NCBI RefSeq assembly: GCF_042180575.1
Contig: NZ_CP170094.1
Coordinates: forward strand, 1,784,604 to 1,848,603
From: Bernardetia sp. OM2101
Lineage (GTDB): Bacteria; Bacteroidota; Bacteroidia; Cytophagales; Bernardetiaceae
Length of the DNA stretch: 64,000 nucleotides
Direction of reading: 5' to 3'
The notes under the pieces were generated by a model. That model saw only the letters and a program-made list of their open reading frames with translations. It made no database searches and was not told the origin of the DNA. A program made the translations under genes and the position numbers. Of the stretch, positions 37,974 to 48,486 are shown piece by piece (position 1 is the first letter of the stretch; every line of letters begins with the position of its first letter).

Positions 37974-40900
37974 GAAAAAAATTATTACTATATATTTTTC
38001 TATTCCTTTCTTTTGGAATAAAAGCACAGAATGTTCAGAATTATGTTATTACAGCTGGTTCTAATGAAAACCTCGTAGATGGAGGAGGTTGGACTCAAAT
38101 TATTGGTTCAAATCAACTCAATGTTGCTTCAGCAATTACAAACATAGGATTTGAAGTTTGGTTTATGGGCGAACGTTTTACAACCTTTTCAGCCAATACA
38201 GGAGGAGTAATGCGTTTTGGTAATACACAAATAGTTGGTGGCGCAAATAGTCCTGGTGTACCTAGAAATGCAAGAGTCTGTGTTTTTGGAGCTTCTATAG
38301 AAGTTACTGCTGATAGATGGCGTACAGAAAACAATGGTCAAGTTAGATATAAAATGATTGGAACAGCTCCTAATAGAATATTAATAGTGGATTGGGTAAA
38401 TCTAAGAATGGAAGGGAGTGCTAGTACTAATACAGGAATATCTCGTTTTCAAGCTCATATCTATGAAACAGCTCCTCCCCCTACTAATACAAATGGAGGG
38501 GTTGTGAAAATAGTATATGGTAGGATGTTTATACAATCTCATGCTGCTACATCCATTTGTGGATTCAGTAGTGATACTTTTACCACTACTTGGACAGGTA
38601 TTGGATACGGTAACTCCAGTACAGATGTAGTGTATATTAATACTGATAATCATGCTAGTGTAACTGCCACAAATCGTTCTTATGGAACTAGTTTAGAATC
38701 CTGTAATGGTTTTGGTGCAGCACCAACTAATATAACTTCTCTCAATAGTAACAGTAATGGCAATCGTCGTTTTATAACTTCAACCCACCAACAGTAATTG
38801 GACAAGAAGTAGATGTATCAGCAAGTTGTCTATCAAGTACATCTTTTAATTTGAACTGGACGGATAATGCTACCAATGAAGTAGGAATTGTACTTTATCG
38901 TTCTGTAAATGGTGGTGCTTACGTTTTTGACAGACAATTACCAGCAGACACAGAAACAACAACCATTACAGGACTGACTCCTTCTACAAATTATAGCTAT
39001 CAAGTTTATGCAGTAACAGAAGGCAAGTTAAGTACCTTAGCTCCCACAGGTACAGTATCTTTTACTACTTTACCTGCTACTGCTAATGTTGTATATTCTA
39101 TTACAGATGGAAATTGGAATAATCTGTTTACTTGGATTACCAGTTTACTTCCTATATTTTCCAATGATGTTATAATTGGTTGTATTGACCCTGATATAGT
39201 TACTGTAAATACTCCATTAATTACTAATATATGCAGAACACTTACAGTAGAAACCGGAAGCCAACTTAATTTCAATGTAGGAGAAACACTTAGAGTTCAA
39301 GGTGATGTTACTAATAAAGGAACAATTGATGTAAATGGAGGAACACTTATAATAGAAGGAAACTTAATCAATACAACAAGCTCAACGGTAAGTATAGGCA
39401 ACGGTACACTCATAGTAGAAGGAAGTTTTCAAAATGCAGCCACAGCCACACTAAATGGAAATACTGGATTATTTAGGTTAGCAGGAAATTTCACGAATCA
39501 AGGTGCATACAACCCAAATACTTCCACCATGCGTTTTGATGGAACTACTCAACAACTTATTAATCATACAGGAACAAGTAATTATAACTCTTCTAGTACA
39601 GTTACTTTTAATACAAATGAAATCTTGCCATTAGATATTCCACCAATAGGAACAGGCGGTGGTGCTAATAATTTAAACGGAGGCAATGGAGTAACATTAG
39701 CTGGCTTAAATACTTATATTTCAGACCATGTCCGTATAGTAACCTTTAACGTTCCAGCAGGAACATATACAGGAATAAATAACCTTTTAGTGGATATAAA
39801 TCATACTTGGAATTCTGATATAGAAATGTATTTAGTTACTCCTAATAATACAGTTTATTCTGTAGCTGCTGATATGGGTGGAAATGGAGATGGTTATGAT
39901 AATGTTACTTTTACAATGAACAATCCTCCTGCGACTACTACTGCACCTACTGGAAATACAACTATTACAGGTAGTTTTTTTCCAATAGAAAACTGGAATG
40001 GTTATGCAGGAACTTATGTAGGAACTTGGTCTTTGTACATTATTGATGATGCTGGTGGTGATTTTGGGACTTTAAATACAACTTCTCTCACACTCAATCA
40101 AGTCTCTACACCACCACCAACAGGATTACAGTTTTTTGATGTAGAAATGCAAAATACAGGAATAGAAGTTCGTACTCAAAATACAGATATTATAGTAAAT
40201 AATTCTGCCACTTGGACAACTGGAATTTTCAGAGCAGATAACAATCACCTACTTATTTTCCCTGATAATACTACTTCAACTGTTGCTATTAATGCAAGTC
40301 ATGCAGATATGAGTGTACGTAAAATAGGAAATGATGCCTTTGATTTTCCAATTGGTAATGCAGGCTGGGGTGCACCGATTGGAATTTCTGCTCCTTCTGA
40401 TGTAGTAGACCATTTTACTGCCTATTATGTAAAACAAGTTACACCTTATGACCCTTTTTCCAAAGAAGCAACTATTCATCATGTCGGACAATGTGAATAC
40501 TGGATTTTGGATAGAGCAATTGGATCTTCTTCGAATGTAGTAGTTACGCTTAGTTATGATGATATTCGTAGTTGTACTGTAGGACCTACAGGATTAAAAG
40601 TAGTACGTTGGGATGGCGCAATTTGGAGAGACCATTTTAATGGAGGGATTATAAATACACCTTACGACGGTGTTTTGAGTTTGGGAACAGTAAATAATTT
40701 TAGTCCTTTTACACTTGGGGCATTAACTGATGAAAATATTCTACCACTTACTTTCTTATCTTTTGATGCAAAACCATTAGAAAGTGATGCTATTTTAGAT
40801 TGGACAACAACAGGAGAATTAAACCACGATTATTTTGAAATTGAACGCTCTATAAATGGCGAATATTTTAAAGAAATTGGAAATGTAAAAGATGCAATCT

Positions 40901-41313
40901 CAAGAGATAATACTAAAAGTACTTATTCATTTATCGATAAAAATGTAGGAATAGAAAACAGAGAAGCCTATTACCGTCTGAAACAAATTGATACAGACGG
41001 TACTTTTGCTTATTCTGACATCAAAAAAGTAAATTGGAGTATCAACAATTCTGAAAGTGAACCTATTTTTGTAGCTTATCCAAACCCATTTACAGATATT
41101 CTAACTCTTGAATTTGATTTAGAAAAACAAAAAAATATAGAAATTACTTTAATGGATATGGCAGGACGTACTATCAAAACTATTTCTCAATCTTTCTCAA
41201 AAGGGAGCAATAAATTAGAATTAAATAATCTTCAAAATTTAGCTCAAGGAAGTTATTTGATACAATTAAAAACCAATCTTACACACAAAACTTTTCAAGT
41301 TGTAAAAATGTAG
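37974..41313 (+). pseudogene. T9SS C-terminal sorting domain cargo protein with proprotein-convertase P-domain-like module; reading frame broken twice (frameshifted gene or sequencing errors)
   Basis: The ATG at 37974 gives MKNYYYIFFYSFLLE-stop. One extra A in the A5 run restores MKKLLLYIFLFLSFGIKAQN… (signal peptide), continuous with the frame-2 ORF up to 38797. A second -1 shift within 38756-38797 joins the frame-1 ORF 38851-41313. The last ~75 aa match the Por secretion C-terminal domain. Confidence 0.6.
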
Positions 41314-41362
41314 TTATTAAGAATATCTATTCTTGAAATAGTATTACAGGTATTTAAATATA

Positions 41363-41400
41363 AGTCAGACAGTCTTTAGATTAGATTGTCTGACTTTTTT
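41363..41400 (+). terminator. rho-independent terminator
   Basis: aagtcagacagtctttagattagattgtctgactttttt. Confidence 0.55.
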
Positions 41401-41441
41401 ATAGACTCTTATTTGAATATTTTTTTTTGTTGATCATTTTT

Positions 41442-42197
41442 CTATTTAATTTCTTTATACGAAAAAGGACTCATTATTTTTCCATTCTTAGGTACAATTT
41501 CATAATACTTTGTTTGTGTGTTTTTCTCTCCGTCTATAAATAAATAGGTAACTGCTTGAAAACGAATAACACTATCTTTATCAAAAATAAAGTTGGTAGA
41601 GTAGTATTTTGGCTTATCAAAGTGAGGTTCTATTATGAAATTGGTATATATAGGTGTTGTTGCCGTTAAACAAAGTGTAGAATCAAGAAGACCAATTTGT
41701 AGATAATCTCCAAAACGATTTCCACCAAAACCAAATTTATTTCTTTCATCATCTAAAATTATCATATAGTAATGATAAAGTAGATTTTGATGAATGGAAA
41801 ATATAGGTTTTGAACTTGATTTTGAATAGAAATATAGTTGTGAGTCTAAATCTTTTATTTTATAATAAGTAGAGTCTTTTGAACTTTGTACAAGCTGACC
41901 AAGTAAAGTAGCCCAATCTAATGTTGCTATTTTATTTATTGAATCTAAAAAAACTCTATTTTCTCTAAATAGGTCTAGTATTTTTCTATCTCTTAGGTTA
42001 TTTCCTTGATCTAAAATATTTTGTTCTATTTCGTATTCTGTCTTATCAAGAATTTCTTTATCATAATTCTTCAGAAGTTTTATACTTCTCAAAACAGCCT
42101 CATTTTCCTTTGAATCATCATTTCTAAGAAATAAAAATCCAATAAAAACGAATATTAATAACCAAAGAAAAATCAGTGTGCTTTTATTTTGCAACAT
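41442..42197 (-). CDS. hypothetical membrane-anchored protein
   Basis: 251 aa with an N-terminal TM helix. No domain recognised. Confidence 0.35.
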   Translation of the reverse strand: MLQNKSTLIFLWLLIFVFIGFLFLRNDDSKENEAVLRSIKLLKNYDKEILDKTEYEIEQNILDQGNNLRDRKILDLFRENRVFLDSINKIATLDWATLLGQLVQSSKDSTYYKIKDLDSQLYFYSKSSSKPIFSIHQNLLYHYYMIILDDERNKFGFGGNRFGDYLQIGLLDSTLCLTATTPIYTNFIIEPHFDKPKYYSTNFIFDKDSVIRFQAVTYLFIDGEKNTQTKYYEIVPKNGKIMSPFSYKEIK

Positions 42198-42210
42198 TTT
42201 TGTAAAAATC

Positions 42211-43110
42211 TTAATGTTCTTTAAAAATTATATGTACTGACATAATCGTATCTCTACTACAACCAACAGGAAGCTTAATTTTAAATTTTTGCTCCCCTGT
42301 TCTGTATTCTTTTGGAATAATAATAAATCCATTTTTATCAAAACTCGTTGTGATATTTTCTGGATAAATTATACGAGATGTTTTATCAAAAGGAAAAGAA
42401 ACAGATTCATATATGATATATTCGCTTTCTTTAGCATTTGTTTGTCTTGATGGACTTAGATAAGGAATTACTTTTGCCTCTTCTATTTTCAAACCATAAG
42501 GAGCATAATAATTTTCTTTTGTGAGTAATTTTGCATCTTCATAATGCATTTTTGCAAGTTGCGCCTCAAAACGAGCATAATGAAAAACTCTCAAATAATC
42601 ATCTGTATCAAAATAAAAGTCATTGATTTGCTGGTCATTCATTCCATTTTCAAAAACGAAATCTTGATATTTTTTGGCGAAAATAGTATCTAGTTTTGAA
42701 ACTTTGTCTATATAATCGTAAAAAGCAGTTACGACTTTTGGATTATTTATTTTTAAAGGCGAGTAATTTTTTTCATTTGCTTCGTCTGTGATTTTATTAT
42801 CGAAACAAATTTTAAGCGTTTCGAAGCACACTTCTCTTAGCTTTTCCAGTTTTAGTTCAAGTTCTGAATAGTTTTTTACTGCACATTTATCTCCTTGTTG
42901 AATTAATAAATTTTCTTTTGTGTTGTCCTCTAGGCGATATGATAAATGCAAGTAACTATCCCTCAGAAACATATTCTGCTCATAGCCTTTAATTAGAATC
43001 ATTTTTTCCTGATTGGTATATTTTTCTTTTATAAATTCACTATATCCAAAACCAGATAAGAGAATAAACAAGATAAAAATAGGCAAATGAGGCTTTTTGA
43101 GGTATTTCAT
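42211..43110 (-). CDS. hypothetical membrane-anchored protein
   Basis: 299 aa with an N-terminal TM helix. Tandem with the previous ORF. Confidence 0.35.
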   Translation of the reverse strand: MKYLKKPHLPIFILFILLSGFGYSEFIKEKYTNQEKMILIKGYEQNMFLRDSYLHLSYRLEDNTKENLLIQQGDKCAVKNYSELELKLEKLREVCFETLKICFDNKITDEANEKNYSPLKINNPKVVTAFYDYIDKVSKLDTIFAKKYQDFVFENGMNDQQINDFYFDTDDYLRVFHYARFEAQLAKMHYEDAKLLTKENYYAPYGLKIEEAKVIPYLSPSRQTNAKESEYIIYESVSFPFDKTSRIIYPENITTSFDKNGFIIIPKEYRTGEQKFKIKLPVGCSRDTIMSVHIIFKEH

Positions 43111-43172
43111 GAAAATAGAATTTATTTTGAGATACTTCTATAACGTGAATTTGAGAATAATGATATAACCTT

Positions 43173-43210
43173 GCCGTTGTTGGTGTCCCCACCAACGACA
43201 TAAACCTCCA
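43173..43210. repeat. hairpin A copy (tgccgttgttggtgtccccaccaacgacataaacctcc) abutting uvrC stop
   Basis: Same ~38-bp element as 24695-24734. The stem changes tcggtg/caccga to ttggtg/caccaa and pairing is preserved. Confidence 0.7.
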
Positions 43211-45061
43211 TTAACTCAACAAATCAGGATTATTCTTAATATATTCTTTGATAAGACGAGTACGATTTGCACCAATCAATTCTTTCAATTCTTCATCAGA
43301 AGTAACTGCAATTTTTTTGATAGATTTATATTCTAAAAGAAGTTTTTCAATGGTTGCTCTTCCCACTCCTTTTACATTTTCTAATGGATTACGAAGGGCA
43401 TTTTTACTTCTGACATCTCTATGAAAAGTAATAGCAAAACGGTGCGCTTCATCTCTCAAATGTTGAATGAGCTTTAAAGAAGGTGATTTTTTATTGATAT
43501 AAATTGGGTGTTGGTCTTCTGGATAAAAAACTTCTTCCAAACGCTTTGCAATTCCGACAATAGGAATCTTTCCATACAAATCTAAATCTTTCAAAGCCTG
43601 CGCTCCAAAACTCAACTGTCCTTTTCCACCATCGACAATTACCAAATTTGGCAAAGGCTGTTTTTCTTCTAAAAGCCTTCTATAACGACGATAAACCACT
43701 TCATACATAGTCGCAAAATCGTTTGCCCCTTCTACTGTCTTGACGTGGTATTTTCTGTAATTTCTCTTTGAAGGTTTTCCATTCATAAAACAAACCATCG
43801 AAGAAACAGGATTTGTACCTTGCAAATTAGAGTTATCAAAACATTCGACGTGCATTGGCAATTCTTTCAATCCCAAATCTTTTTGAAGTGCTTCGATAGC
43901 AAAAAGTCCTTTTTCTTGTTTCTTTTCTGCAAAATCTAATTTTTTTCGTAGTCTTTCTTTTTTAAAGTAACCTACATTTTTGAGTGATAAATCTAATAAC
44001 TTTCTTAAATCTCCAATTTTTGGATTAATAACTTCTACTTTTGGCAAAGGAACTTCTGCCGAAATATTACTCACAATTCGCTGTGCTTCACTTCCAAAAC
44101 GCTGCCTAAATTCTACGGCTACCATTGGTAAAATATCTTCTGGAGTTTCTTCAAGACGTTTTTTGTAGGATTCATTGGCTGTATAAACAATACTTCCATC
44201 TTCAATTTTGAGATAATTTACATAAACTGTCGCTTCATCATCTAAAAGAGCAATTACTTCTGTATCCGAAATATTCGGATTTGTGATAAGTGACTTACTT
44301 TGGTAAGTATGAAGAGCTTCCCATTTTTCTTTTGCTTTTTGGGCTTCTTCAAATTCCATTTTTTCGGCTGCTGTTTTCATTTTTGTTTTGAAATATTCCT
44401 TTGCTCGGCTTGTTTTTCCTGCCAAAATATTTCTAATCTGTTCAATATCTTTCAAATACTCCTCTTCTTCTTGCAAACCTTCACAAGGTCCTTTGCAGTT
44501 TTTGATGTGATATTCTAAACAAACCTTATATTTTCCTGCTTTTACATTTTCTTCACTCAAGTTGAAATAACAAGTTCGGAGTGTATATAATTTTTTGATA
44601 AGTTCGTTGAGTGCATATAGTGTTTTTCCATTTGTGTAAGGACCATAATTCGTTCCTTGATTTTTATTCGGATTTCTAGTTGTAAAAACTCTAGGAAAAG
44701 GCTCATCTGTAATGCAGATATAAGGATATGATTTTCCATCCTTTAATAAAATATTATATTTTGGTTGGTGCGCCTTTATCAAATTATTTTCCAAAAGCAG
44801 CGCATCGGCTTCACTATCGACAATCGTAATTTCTACATTTCGGATTTCACGTACAAGCTGCCGAGTTTTTCGGTCGTATTGGTGCGATTTAGTAAAATAA
44901 CTAGACACTCGTTTTCTAAGCTCCTTTGCTTTTCCTACATAAATTATTTCATTATTCTCGTCTTTATATTTATAAATCCCTGGTTGGCGTGGAATATTTC
45001 GGATTACATCTTTCAAATGCTCTCTTAATTCTTCTTTATTTTTTGGAGTTGATTGGCTCAT
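43211..45061 (-). CDS. uvrC: excinuclease ABC subunit C
   Basis: 616 aa. GIY-YIG N-terminus (…PGIYKYKDENNEIIYVGKAKELRKRVSSYF…), UvrBC-interaction and RNaseH-like/HhH C-terminal regions. Confidence 0.9.
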   Translation of the reverse strand: MSQSTPKNKEELREHLKDVIRNIPRQPGIYKYKDENNEIIYVGKAKELRKRVSSYFTKSHQYDRKTRQLVREIRNVEITIVDSEADALLLENNLIKAHQPKYNILLKDGKSYPYICITDEPFPRVFTTRNPNKNQGTNYGPYTNGKTLYALNELIKKLYTLRTCYFNLSEENVKAGKYKVCLEYHIKNCKGPCEGLQEEEEYLKDIEQIRNILAGKTSRAKEYFKTKMKTAAEKMEFEEAQKAKEKWEALHTYQSKSLITNPNISDTEVIALLDDEATVYVNYLKIEDGSIVYTANESYKKRLEETPEDILPMVAVEFRQRFGSEAQRIVSNISAEVPLPKVEVINPKIGDLRKLLDLSLKNVGYFKKERLRKKLDFAEKKQEKGLFAIEALQKDLGLKELPMHVECFDNSNLQGTNPVSSMVCFMNGKPSKRNYRKYHVKTVEGANDFATMYEVVYRRYRRLLEEKQPLPNLVIVDGGKGQLSFGAQALKDLDLYGKIPIVGIAKRLEEVFYPEDQHPIYINKKSPSLKLIQHLRDEAHRFAITFHRDVRSKNALRNPLENVKGVGRATIEKLLLEYKSIKKIAVTSDEELKELIGANRTRLIKEYIKNNPDLLS

Positions 45062-45292
45062 AATTTTCTATCAAAAATTCCTTATTTATTTTGCTTTTTA
45101 TTCTAACTCAAAAATAACGGTTTTGTCTTTTTGTAGCTAAATCTATTTCAAATTTTTAGTTCAAAATAAGAAATATGATTTTTTAATGAAAACATTTTAA
45201 ATTTACTTTCTTCCTTTCCAGTTCACCAAGGCAATAATTCAATAAAATCTTCAAAAAATTAAAAAAACACATACTTAAAATTGTATGATTCA

Positions 45293-45304
45293 TTTTTTTT
45301 TTTT
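45293..45304. repeat. homopolymeric T12 tract (plus T9/A7 at 45326-45343) in promoter region of the Cys-rich lipoprotein gene
   Basis: cattttttttttttacat, about 80 bp upstream of the ORF start at 45386. Confidence 0.7.
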
Positions 45305-45385
45305 ACATTTGAAACTATATACTTATTTTTTTTATAAAAAAAGTGTTTATTTATATTTAATACTTTTCAAGTAACTACATTTTCC

Positions 45386-45871
45386 ATGAAGTATTCATTT
45401 TATTTTTTGATGTTTTTTTTATCAATAGGATTATTTTCTTGTTTAGATAACAAAGAAGATATTACACAAGAAACAGTTGTTTTACCTTTCTTAAAAAAGC
45501 AAGCTATTAGTAGCGAAAAACTCCCTACCAAAATTACAAATAGGAAAGAACTAGAAACAGTTCTTAATTTTCATTATAAAAAAATCTTTTCTAAAATCCC
45601 AGCACAAGATTTAGCTGCTTTTATAGAAACAGTTGAGTATAATGAAAGAGGAATTACAACTTTTCGTTTTGATTATTTAAAAAAGAATGTTTCTGAAGAA
45701 GATTTGAGAATTATTTATGAAACTCTGTTTATTATGAAAAAGAAAAGTGCAGAAACCATAAAGGGGAGAGGGTGGAATTTTTATGAATGTCCTTTTGTAG
45801 GTTATAGGTGTTATGGTCCAGGAAGTTGTTTGAAAGCTGATGGGGATTGGATATGTACTTGTAATTGTTAG
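45386..45871 (+). CDS. lipoprotein with Cys-rich C-terminus, hypothetical
   Basis: 161 aa with a lipoprotein signal (…SIGLFSCLDNKE). C-terminus CPFVGYRCYGPGSCLKADGDWICTCNC. Confidence 0.4.
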   Translation: MKYSFYFLMFFLSIGLFSCLDNKEDITQETVVLPFLKKQAISSEKLPTKITNRKELETVLNFHYKKIFSKIPAQDLAAFIETVEYNERGITTFRFDYLKKNVSEEDLRIIYETLFIMKKKSAETIKGRGWNFYECPFVGYRCYGPGSCLKADGDWICTCNC

Positions 45872-45887
45872 TTTTAACTTTCTCTTG

Positions 45888-45927
45888 AAAAAAACACAAT
45901 GAATTTTATATTTCATTGTGTTTTTTT
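45888..45927. terminator. bidirectional terminator hairpin
   Basis: aaaaaacacaatgaattttatatttcattgtgttttttt. Confidence 0.55.
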
Positions 45928-45935
45928 GAATATTT

Positions 45936-46643
45936 TTAAGACAACAAAAGTTTCTTACCATATTTTTTATCTAGTTCTGTAAAAGCAATTTGCCTTTTAG
46001 ACGAAGATTTAGAAACTCTTACTTTTGCAGCCATTTTTTCATATTCTTTAATAAGCGTGCGTTCTTCTTGTGGCTCAAAGAAATAAATATAACCTGCCGA
46101 CATTCCTTTTAGTGTATCTTCTTCATCGTTCAAATCAATAAAATCTCCCAAAAAAGGTACAAAACGAAAAAACATCAAAAAATTCATATTGATAGGATTT
46201 TTATCTATTGTATCAGCAAGTGTTTTGTCTATAATCGCTATTTCTTGTCCTTCATTTACTCCCAAAACATCATCAAAATAAATAATTCCTTCTTCTACAT
46301 CTACATCAATGATTCTAAAAAGAGAAGTATAAGAGTTTTCAAAAGAGGGAACAAATTTATTTAGCAAAGCAATTTCTTCAGCTTCTTTTTGTTCTTCTAA
46401 AAAAATCTGATATGCTTTATACTTATTTACTCGTTGTTCTAAAAGTACATAATCTGTAAAACAGTTGCGATGAGCATTGGTCTCAAAATTTATTTTTGTA
46501 GTATTTTCTTTATTGTTGATACTTCCAAAAGCAGGAATAGCTTCTTGCACAAAATATCCATTATAAGCATCAAAAACAGCTTGAAGACTTTTTCTCATGT
46601 CATCTGCAAACGTTTTATAATAATTGAGTGTGTAATTTTCCAT
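45936..46643 (-). CDS. hypothetical protein
   Basis: 235-aa ORF with good coding appearance. No motif recognised. Confidence 0.4.
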   Translation of the reverse strand: MENYTLNYYKTFADDMRKSLQAVFDAYNGYFVQEAIPAFGSINNKENTTKINFETNAHRNCFTDYVLLEQRVNKYKAYQIFLEEQKEAEEIALLNKFVPSFENSYTSLFRIIDVDVEEGIIYFDDVLGVNEGQEIAIIDKTLADTIDKNPINMNFLMFFRFVPFLGDFIDLNDEEDTLKGMSAGYIYFFEPQEERTLIKEYEKMAAKVRVSKSSSKRQIAFTELDKKYGKKLLLS

Positions 46644-46767
46644 AATTTCTATATAATTTTTACTTCTGTAAACGTGTAATTCAGTTTTATTAGATTAAAA
46701 TAATAAGCCTACAAAAGTACAAAAAATAATAGCGATACAGATTTGATAGGATTTATAAAAACTCAAA

Positions 46768-47071
46768 AAAAGTAAATTATTTTTTAGTTCGTAAATCCCT
46801 TACGTTCTGCACTCTTAATTTTGTAGTATCCTTAAAAGAAAAGGTAGCTGATACTTTCCAAAATGTCAGAAAAAAAATCAAATTAATTTTTAGTTCGTAA
46901 ATCCCTTACGTTCTACTCTCTTAATTTTGTAATATCCTTAAAAGAAGAAGGAATATAACAGATATTTTTAGTGTCAAGAAGAATAGAAAAATTTAAAAAA
47001 AAAGTAAATTATTTTTTTACTACGTAAATCCCTTACGTTCTGCACTCTTAATTTTGTAGTATCCTTAAAAG
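46768..47071. repeat. three tandem ~115-bp units upstream of recA, each with a conserved ~62-75 bp core and a ~45-55 bp variable part
   Basis: Core ttcgtaaatcccttacgttctgcactcttaattttgtagtatccttaaaag at about 46787-46837, 46893-46945 and 47016-47071. Each core has a CGTAA-N5-TTACG inverted repeat and a TAATTTTG (-7-like) box. Copies 1 and 3 also share aaaaaagtaaattattttt. Confidence 0.85.
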
Positions 47072-47159
47072 GAAAAAGTGTAAAAAACAGTTTTAGTAAC
47101 TGCAAAAAAACACAAATTAGTTTAGTAAATCATTTATCACTCTTATATATATTTCAATT

Positions 47160-48314
47160 ATGGCAAAAGGAGCCGACGACCAAAAAAAGAAACTAGAAGC
47201 ACTAAAAGTAACTTTAGCAAAGCTTGACAAAACGTATGGAAAAGGTACAGTTATGAAACTGACCGATGATAATGTAGTAGATATTCCAAGCATCTCAACA
47301 GGTTCTTTAGGGCTTGATATTGCTCTAGGAATTGGAGGATTACCTCGTGGTAGAGTAGTAGAAATTTATGGTCCAGAATCTTCTGGTAAAACTACACTTA
47401 CTCTTCATGCTATTGCAGAAGCCCAAAAACAAGGTGGTTTGGCTGCTTTTATTGATGCAGAACACGCATTTGATAGAGTGTATGCTCAAAATTTAGGTGT
47501 AGATTTGGATAATCTTCTTATCTCTCAACCTGATAATGGTGAGCAAGCCTTAGAAATTGCCGAACAGCTTATTCGTTCAACAGCGATTGATATTGTAGTA
47601 ATTGACTCTGTCGCTGCTCTTGTACCAAAGGCAGAATTAGAAGGCGACATGGGAGATTCTAAAATGGGTCTGCAAGCACGACTTATGTCTCAAGCTCTTC
47701 GTAAACTGACAGGTGTAATTAGCAAAACACAATGTACTTGTATTTTTATTAACCAACTTCGTGATAAGATTGGTGTCATGTTCGGTAGCCCTGAAACAAC
47801 AACTGGTGGTAATGCACTCAAGTTTTACTCTTCTGTTCGTTTGGATATTCGCCGTATTGGAGCAATCAAAGATGGCGACAAAATCACAGGTAACCGTACT
47901 CGTGTGAGTGTTAAGAAAAATAAATTAGCTCCTCCTTTCAAACAAGTTGAGTTTGATATTATGTATGGACGAGGAATTTCTAAAGCTGGCGAAATCTTGG
48001 ATTTAGCTGTTGATTTGGATATTGTAAAAAAATCGGGTTCTTGGTACTCTTATGGAGATAACAAACTCGGACAAGGTCGTGATTCTGTAAAAGCTCTTAT
48101 CGAAGAAGATGAAGTGCTAATGACAGACCTTGAAGGACAACTTCGTGAACTTGATAAAGCTGCTATTGCAGCCGAAAAAGACGGAAAATCTTCTAAATCT
48201 AAAGGTAAAAAAGCAGAAAAAGCAATAACTGCAACTGCTGATGCCGAAAGTGAAGACGAAGACAACGACGAAGATTTTGTCTTTGAAGACGAAGAATTAG
48301 AAGATGAAAAATAA
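47160..48314 (+). CDS. recA: recombinase RecA
   Basis: 384 aa. …[16 protein letters not shown]… Walker A, L1/L2 loops and an acidic C-terminal tail. Confidence 0.95.
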   Translation: MAKGADDQKKKLEALKVTLAKLDKTYGKGTVMKLTDDNVVDIPSISTGSLGLDIALGIGGLPRGRVVEIYGPESSGKTTLTLHAIAEAQKQGGLAAFIDAEHAFDRVYAQNLGVDLDNLLISQPDNGEQALEIAEQLIRSTAIDIVVIDSVAALVPKAELEGDMGDSKMGLQARLMSQALRKLTGVISKTQCTCIFINQLRDKIGVMFGSPETTTGGNALKFYSSVRLDIRRIGAIKDGDKITGNRTRVSVKKNKLAPPFKQVEFDIMYGRGISKAGEILDLAVDLDIVKKSGSWYSYGDNKLGQGRDSVKALIEEDEVLMTDLEGQLRELDKAAIAAEKDGKSSKSKGKKAEKAITATADAESEDEDNDEDFVFEDEELEDEK

Positions 48315-48370
48315 TTTCTATCTAATTCGCTTAAAAATGGATTTACTTCATCTATTTGTTTGATATATCA

Positions 48371-48404
48371 AAAGACCTTCTGCATTGTGGAAGGTCTTTT
48401 TTTG
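48371..48404 (+). terminator. rho-independent terminator after recA
   Basis: aaagaccttctgcattgtggaaggtcttttttt. Confidence 0.6.
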
Positions 48405-48486
48405 ATACATTTACATTTATAAGGTAAATTTTGTAGATTCACAAATCTTAGATTTTAAATAATAATTATCCCTAATAAACTATCCT

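Noticed and set aside
38165-38797. Stand-alone 210-aa ORF
   Set aside because: It is the middle reading-frame segment of the frameshifted T9SS cargo gene (37974-41313) and has no start context of its own.
46768-47071. Possible CRISPR array upstream of recA
   Set aside because: The repeats are ~62-75 bp, which is too long. There are only three copies, the intervening segments are of unequal length, and no cas genes or leader are present. Treated as regulatory tandem repeats instead.
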